Shown here in pieces: positions 59,951 to 64,000 of a stretch of DNA of 64,000 bases; the stretch's first letter is position 1, and every line of letters starts with the position of its first letter. The translations under genes were made by a program, and so were the position numbers. This stretch comes from Gemmatimonadales bacterium (GTDB lineage: Bacteria; Gemmatimonadota; Gemmatimonadetes; Gemmatimonadales; GWC2-71-9), in NCBI GenBank assembly GCA_036395695.1, contig DASWDA010000075.1:13441-77440 (forward strand), read 5' to 3'. The notes under the pieces are model-generated. The model saw nothing but the letters and a program-made list of their open reading frames with translations. It made no database searches and was not told where the DNA came from.

Positions 59951-61448
59951 CCTCGACCCCCAGGGCGCAAAGGAGTGGGAGGAGCTGCGCCAGCTCGGCC
60001 ATCGCATGGTGGACGAGATGCTCGAGTATCTGCGGACCGCGCGGGAACGCCCCGTCTGGCGGCCGGTCCCTGCTGCTGTGCGCGCGCGGCTGTCCGGCCC
60101 GGCGCCGCGCCAGCCGGCGGCGGCGGCGGACGTCTACGAGGAATTCAAGCGCGACGTGCTCCCCTACCCCACCGGCAACATCCATCCGCGCTTCTGGGGC
60201 TGGGTGATCGGGACGGGGACGCCGGTGGGCATGCTGGCCGACATGCTGGCGTCCGGGATGAATCCCCAGGTCGCCGAGTTCGACGACTCGTCGGCCGTGG
60301 TGGAGAACCAGGTGATCGGATGGCTCGTCGAGCTGCTCGGACTTCCCGCGGGCACGCACGGCCTGCTCGTCTCCGGCGGGTCGATGGCGAACTTCGTGGG
60401 TCTCGCGGTCGCCCGAAACGCCCGCGCGGGGTTCGATGTCCGCGAGCGCGGCCTCCAGAACGGCGCCGGCCCGCGGCTGAGCGTCTATGCGTCCACTGAG
60501 ACGCATTCCTCGGTACGCAAAGCCGTCGAGCTGCTTGGACTCGGCCACGACGCATTGCGCGCGATTCCCGTCACTGCCGACTACGCGATTGACCTGCAGG
60601 CCCTGCGGGGGAAGCTCGCCGCCGACCGAGCCGCCGGATGGCGTCCGATCTGCATCGTGGGCAACGCCGGCACGGTGAATACGGGCGCGACCGATGACCT
60701 GCGCGCGCTCGCGGCGCTCAGCCGGGACGAGCAGACCTGGTTCCACGTCGACGGCGCGTTCGGCGCGCTGGCCGCACTGGTCCCCGAGCTGCGGCCGCTC
60801 GTCGCAGGACTCGAGGACGCCGATTCCGTCGCGTTCGATTTGCACAAATGGCTGTACATGCCCTACGAGGTCGGCTGCACCCTCGTCCGCGATCAGCAGG
60901 CGCACCGGGCCACGTTCAACGTGACGCCGGCGTATCTCGCGTCCTTCGACCGGGGCATCGCGGCCGGCGGCTTTCCCTTCGCCGAGCGCGGCGTGCAGCT
61001 CTCGCGCGGCTTCCGCGCCCTCAAGGTCTGGATGTCGTTCAAGACACACGGCGTGGACGCCTACGCGCGGCTGATTCATCAGAACGTGCGCCAGGCCCAT
61101 TACCTCGCCGGGCTCGTGACCAAGCATCCCCGGCTTGAATTGCTCGCGCCGGCGCCCCTGAACGTCGTGTGCTTCCGATTCGTCGGGCCGAGCGCGGATG
61201 AGGCGCAGTTGAACGCGCTGAACACCGAGATCCTGCTGCGGATTCAGGAGAGTGGGCTCGCGATCCCGTCGCAGACGATGCTCAACGGCAAATTCGCGAT
61301 CCGGGTCGCCGTGACGAATCACCGCAGCCGTCGCGAGGACTTCGATCTCTTGGTGAAGGCCGTCGTCGAGACTGGGACGGCGCTCTACTCCTCGGGGGTG
61401 CCTACGATCTTGCCTTCGATCGGATTGCTGAACGACCGCACGGTGTGA
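59946..61448 (+). CDS. Group II PLP-dependent decarboxylase (aromatic-L-amino-acid/DDC-like)
   Basis: WEELRQLGHRMVDEMLEYLRTARERPVW...LLVSGGSMANFVGLAVARN...FDLHKWLYMPYEVGC (PLP lysine). The conserved N-terminus begins about 59946-59970. The nearest in-frame canonical starts are ATG 59676 (a 90-aa junk extension overlapping the ABM gene) and ATG 60006 (truncating). Confidence 0.85.
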   Translation: MSLDPQGAKEWEELRQLGHRMVDEMLEYLRTARERPVWRPVPAAVRARLSGPAPRQPAAAADVYEEFKRDVLPYPTGNIHPRFWGWVIGTGTPVGMLADMLASGMNPQVAEFDDSSAVVENQVIGWLVELLGLPAGTHGLLVSGGSMANFVGLAVARNARAGFDVRERGLQNGAGPRLSVYASTETHSSVRKAVELLGLGHDALRAIPVTADYAIDLQALRGKLAADRAAGWRPICIVGNAGTVNTGATDDLRALAALSRDEQTWFHVDGAFGALAALVPELRPLVAGLEDADSVAFDLHKWLYMPYEVGCTLVRDQQAHRATFNVTPAYLASFDRGIAAGGFPFAERGVQLSRGFRALKVWMSFKTHGVDAYARLIHQNVRQAHYLAGLVTKHPRLELLAPAPLNVVCFRFVGPSADEAQLNALNTEILLRIQESGLAIPSQTMLNGKFAIRVAVTNHRSRREDFDLLVKAVVETGTALYSSGVPTILPSIGLLNDRTV

Positions 61449-62305
61449 TACGCAAGCTCGATATCCGGCGCCTTCCCGAACTCAGTCAGAATATCGTCCC
61501 AGATCGCCGAGACGGTGCCGCGGCGGCGGCGCGGCTCGATGAGATAGCGAACGGTGAGCAGAATGCCGGACGCCGATGTGCCGGTGTAGACGATCGGGGT
61601 CAGCTTCTTGTAGTTGATCAGAAACTGCTGGGAGGCCGCCAGCAGATCGCGCTCCGCCTCCGCCGTCAGATGCTCGGCGTGCTTGAACGCGATGGCGGTG
61701 AGAATCTCCTTCGCCTTTCTCCAGTTGCTCTCGTAGGTCACCAGCACCGGTACTTCGTTCCAGATGTACTTGAAGCCCTTGTCATAGTTCGCGACCGGCT
61801 CGGTGAACACCATCTGGTTCGGGATGTGGACGATGCGACCGGTGCTTTGATCCGCGTCCACCCAGACGCCGATCTCGTTCAGCGTGAACTGGAAGAGATG
61901 CACGTCGATGACGTCGCCGCGGTGCTTGGCGATTTCGACGCGATCGCCGACGTCGAAGGGCCGTCGCCAGACGATGAACGCCCATGCCGCCAGGTTGGAG
62001 AGCGGGTCCTTCAACGAAATCGCGATCCCCGCCGAGACGATGCCGAGGAATGTCGCGAGGGATTTGAAGCCTTCGAGCCACTCCCGCCCGATCACCATCA
62101 CGGCGATCGCGAGCGTGATGTAGGTGATCGTCTTGCGCCAGCGGTAGCGTGACCAGGGATCGGTGACGCGGCGGTAGACCAGCGCGAGGACGAGCCGCTC
62201 GAGGATCCACAGCCCCGCGATCACGATGACCGTGACCAGCAGGTGCATCTGCACTTCGGGACTCAGCCCAATACGGGTTTGCAGCCAATCGCGCACGGTG
62301 GCCAA
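61385..62305 (-). CDS. Mechanosensitive ion channel family protein (MscS-like)
   Basis: AGIAISLKDPLSNLAAWAFIVWRRPFDVGDRVEIAKHRGDVIDVHLFQFTLNE. The start is TTG. Its 3' end overlaps the convergent decarboxylase gene by 64 nt. Confidence 0.85.
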   Translation of the reverse strand: MATVRDWLQTRIGLSPEVQMHLLVTVIVIAGLWILERLVLALVYRRVTDPWSRYRWRKTITYITLAIAVMVIGREWLEGFKSLATFLGIVSAGIAISLKDPLSNLAAWAFIVWRRPFDVGDRVEIAKHRGDVIDVHLFQFTLNEIGVWVDADQSTGRIVHIPNQMVFTEPVANYDKGFKYIWNEVPVLVTYESNWRKAKEILTAIAFKHAEHLTAEAERDLLAASQQFLINYKKLTPIVYTGTSASGILLTVRYLIEPRRRRGTVSAIWDDILTEFGKAPDIELAYHTVRSFSNPIEGKIVGTPEE

Positions 62306-62335
62306 AGCTACGAGGCCTCCTAGTTTTAGGCCACC

Positions 62336-64000
62336 GTGGAACAGCTACACATCCTTCGCGACCTCGCCGTCATCTTCGCCGGCTCACTGCTGGTCATTCT
62401 GGTTTTCCATCGGTTCAAGCTCCCCGCCCTGCCTGGCTTCATCGTCGCCGGGATTCTGCTGGGCCCCAATGCGCTCGGGCTCGTGTCCGATCCGAAGGAT
62501 GTCGAGAGCCTCGCCGAGGTCGGCGTGATCATGCTGCTGTTCACGATCGGCATCGAGTTCTCGCTCAGCCGCCTGCGGGAAATGGGGCGCCAGATTCTGG
62601 TGGGCGGGTTTTCGCAGATGGCGTTCACGGTGCTGGCGACGTTGGCGGTGGGTCTCGCGTTGCTGGGAGACTGGCGGGTATCGCTGTTCCTCGGATTCCT
62701 GATTGCACTGTCCAGCACCGCGATCGTGCTGAAGGTCTTGACGGACACCGGAGAGATCGACGCGCCGCACGGCCGTCTCGCGACCGGTGTCCTCATTTTC
62801 CAGGACCTCTGCGTGGTGCCGATCATGCTGGTGCTGCCGTTCCTCGCCGGGAAGGCGGCCGGCGGTCCGGTGGGGCTGCTCCTGGCGCTCGGCAAGGCGG
62901 CGCTCGTCGTGGTCGGCGTCGTCCTCGCGGCCCGCACGATCGTCCCGCGCGCGCTCGCGGCGATCCTGAAGACGCGCAGCCGCGAGCTCTTCCTGATCGC
63001 GGTCATCCTCATCGGCACCCTCACCGCGCTCGGCACCGCCGCCGCCGGGGCATCCCTCGCCCTGGGCGCGTTCCTCGCGGGTCTGATCATTTCGGAATCG
63101 GATTACGGCCACCAGGCGCTCGCCGAGCTCATGCCGTTCCGCGACATCTTCATTTCGCTCTTCTTCGTCGCCGTCGGGATGCTGGTACAGCTCGACACCA
63201 TCACGGCCCATATCGGCGTCACGGTGCTGGCGGTGGCCGTGATCATGGGCGGCAAGACGCTGTCCGCGGCGGTAGGCCCGGCGCTGATGGGCTACTCGGG
63301 GCGCGTCGCCCTGCTCGCGGGCGTTGCGGTCTCGCAGATCGGCGAGTTCTCGTTCGTGCTCGCAAAGGAAGGCCGCGTCGCGGGGCTGTTGCCGGATCTG
63401 TTGTACCAGCAGTTCCTGGGCGTTGCGGTGATCACGATGCTGGTGACGCCGTTCCTGCTGCATGGCGGACCGGCGATCCTCGACGCACTCGAGACAGTCG
63501 TCCCACTCGACAGGCTCTTGCCGGGGTTCCGGCCGCGCGAGCTCGCGCCTGTCCACGAGCAGGTCAAGAATCACGTCATCATTGCCGGGTACGGCCTCAA
63601 TGGCCGGAACCTCGCGGCGGCGCTGCGCTCGATCAACGCGCCCTATCTCATCGTCGAGCTGAACGCGCAGACCGTGCGGAAGGCGCGCGCCGAGGGCGAG
63701 CCCGCATTCTATGGCGACGCCACACGCGACGAGATTCTGCACGCCCTCGGCATCGACCGCGCCCGCCTCTTCGTCATCGCGATCTCCGATCCGGCGGCGA
63801 CGCGGCGGATGGTGCGGGTGGCCCGGGAGCTCAATCCCAAGCTCTACATCATCGCCCGCACGCGGTACGTGATCGAAATCCCCGAGCTCACCCGGCTCGG
63901 CGCCAACGTCGTCATCCCCGAAGAATTCGAAACGTCGATCGAGATCTTCTCCCGCGTGCTGGCGCACTACAGCGTGCCGCGCGACGAGATCGAACGGCTC
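62336..64000 (+). CDS. CPA2 family cation:proton antiporter (Kef-type) with an RCK/TrkA-N domain; 3' end lies outside the window
   Basis: My own translation from GTG 62336 gives (M)EQLHILRDLAVIFAGSLLVILVFHRFKLPALPGFIVAGILLGP...EVGVIMLLFTIGIEFS...VIIAGYGLNGRNLA (Rossmann GxGxxG). The frame stays open to base 64000, and the ORF is absent from the ORF track because no stop is reached. Confidence 0.85.
   Translation, partial: MEQLHILRDLAVIFAGSLLVILVFHRFKLPALPGFIVAGILLGPNALGLVSDPKDVESLAEVGVIMLLFTIGIEFSLSRLREMGRQILVGGFSQMAFTVLATLAVGLALLGDWRVSLFLGFLIALSSTAIVLKVLTDTGEIDAPHGRLATGVLIFQDLCVVPIMLVLPFLAGKAAGGPVGLLLALGKAALVVVGVVLAARTIVPRALAAILKTRSRELFLIAVILIGTLTALGTAAAGASLALGAFLAGLIISESDYGHQALAELMPFRDIFISLFFVAVGMLVQLDTITAHIGVTVLAVAVIMGGKTLSAAVGPALMGYSGRVALLAGVAVSQIGEFSFVLAKEGRVAGLLPDLLYQQFLGVAVITMLVTPFLLHGGPAILDALETVVPLDRLLPGFRPRELAPVHEQVKNHVIIAGYGLNGRNLAAALRSINAPYLIVELNAQTVRKARAEGEPAFYGDATRDEILHALGIDRARLFVIAISDPAATRRMVRVARELNPKLYIIARTRYVIEIPELTRLGANVVIPEEFETSIEIFSRVLAHYSVPRDEIERL

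Noticed and set aside
62384-63967. 527-aa minus-strand ORF, the longest ORF listed in this region
   Set aside because: It is antisense to an unlisted plus-strand frame that runs off the window without a stop. That frame encodes a clear CPA2 antiporter with an RCK domain. The minus-strand translation is R/D/E/H-rich with no membrane helices.
1-64000. Search by eye for CRISPR arrays, tRNA/rRNA genes, IS elements, integrases, phage or toxin-antitoxin modules
   Set aside because: No spacer-repeat arrays, cloverleaf-sized conserved intergenic segments, transposase or integrase-like translations were seen. Intergenic space is under about 210 nt everywhere. A proper tRNA, ncRNA and IS scan would be needed to exclude small elements.

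Overview
GC-rich, very gene-dense bacterial chromosomal segment. I support about 63 protein-coding genes. By eye I found no rRNA, tRNA, CRISPR array, transposase or integrase. Content is mostly housekeeping: ychF, rpsF-rpsR-DUF2232-rplI, rsfS, smc, tmk, prmC-prfA-rpmE, an Mla-like lipid transport module, lnt, hemL, rimO, yajQ, an RpoD-like sigma factor, lepB, thrC-thrB, panB, and a sigma-54 activator. Genes sit in long co-directional runs joined by 1-4 nt ATGA/GTGA stop-start overlaps, and convergent gene ends overlap with no terminator between them. The short 285-aa primary-type sigma factor, the PD40/TolB-rich envelope proteins and a FlgD-Ig-like C-terminal tail suggest a Gemmatimonadota-like or FCB-related organism; this is inference only. 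No obvious mobile or defence island is present. The best candidates for something undescribed are: (1) an Mla-like operon whose ABC ATPase subunit has lost every catalytic motif and which is translationally coupled to a GAF/HD-GYP protein; (2) a membrane protein joining a degenerate BY-kinase/MinD-like pseudo-ATPase to periplasmic SPOR domains, coupled to smc and preceded by a beta-propeller-SPOR lipoprotein; (3) a 1074-aa outer-membrane protein combining an HExxH domain, a PD40 propeller and an Omp85 barrel; (4) a thrC-thrB-CysO-like-MoeZ-like operon consistent with sulfur incorporation through O-phosphohomoserine and a protein thiocarboxylate; (5) several small sequence elements. These are a 35-nt G-quadruplex-prone intergenic repeat present twice, a perfect (G8C)x3 tandem repeat inside thrB, four phased CACGCC decamers upstream of rpsF, a TTCCAAC-based 25-bp inverted repeat, and three genes whose conserved N-termini start before any ATG/GTG/TTG codon. 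All functional calls come from reading the translations; no database search was run.
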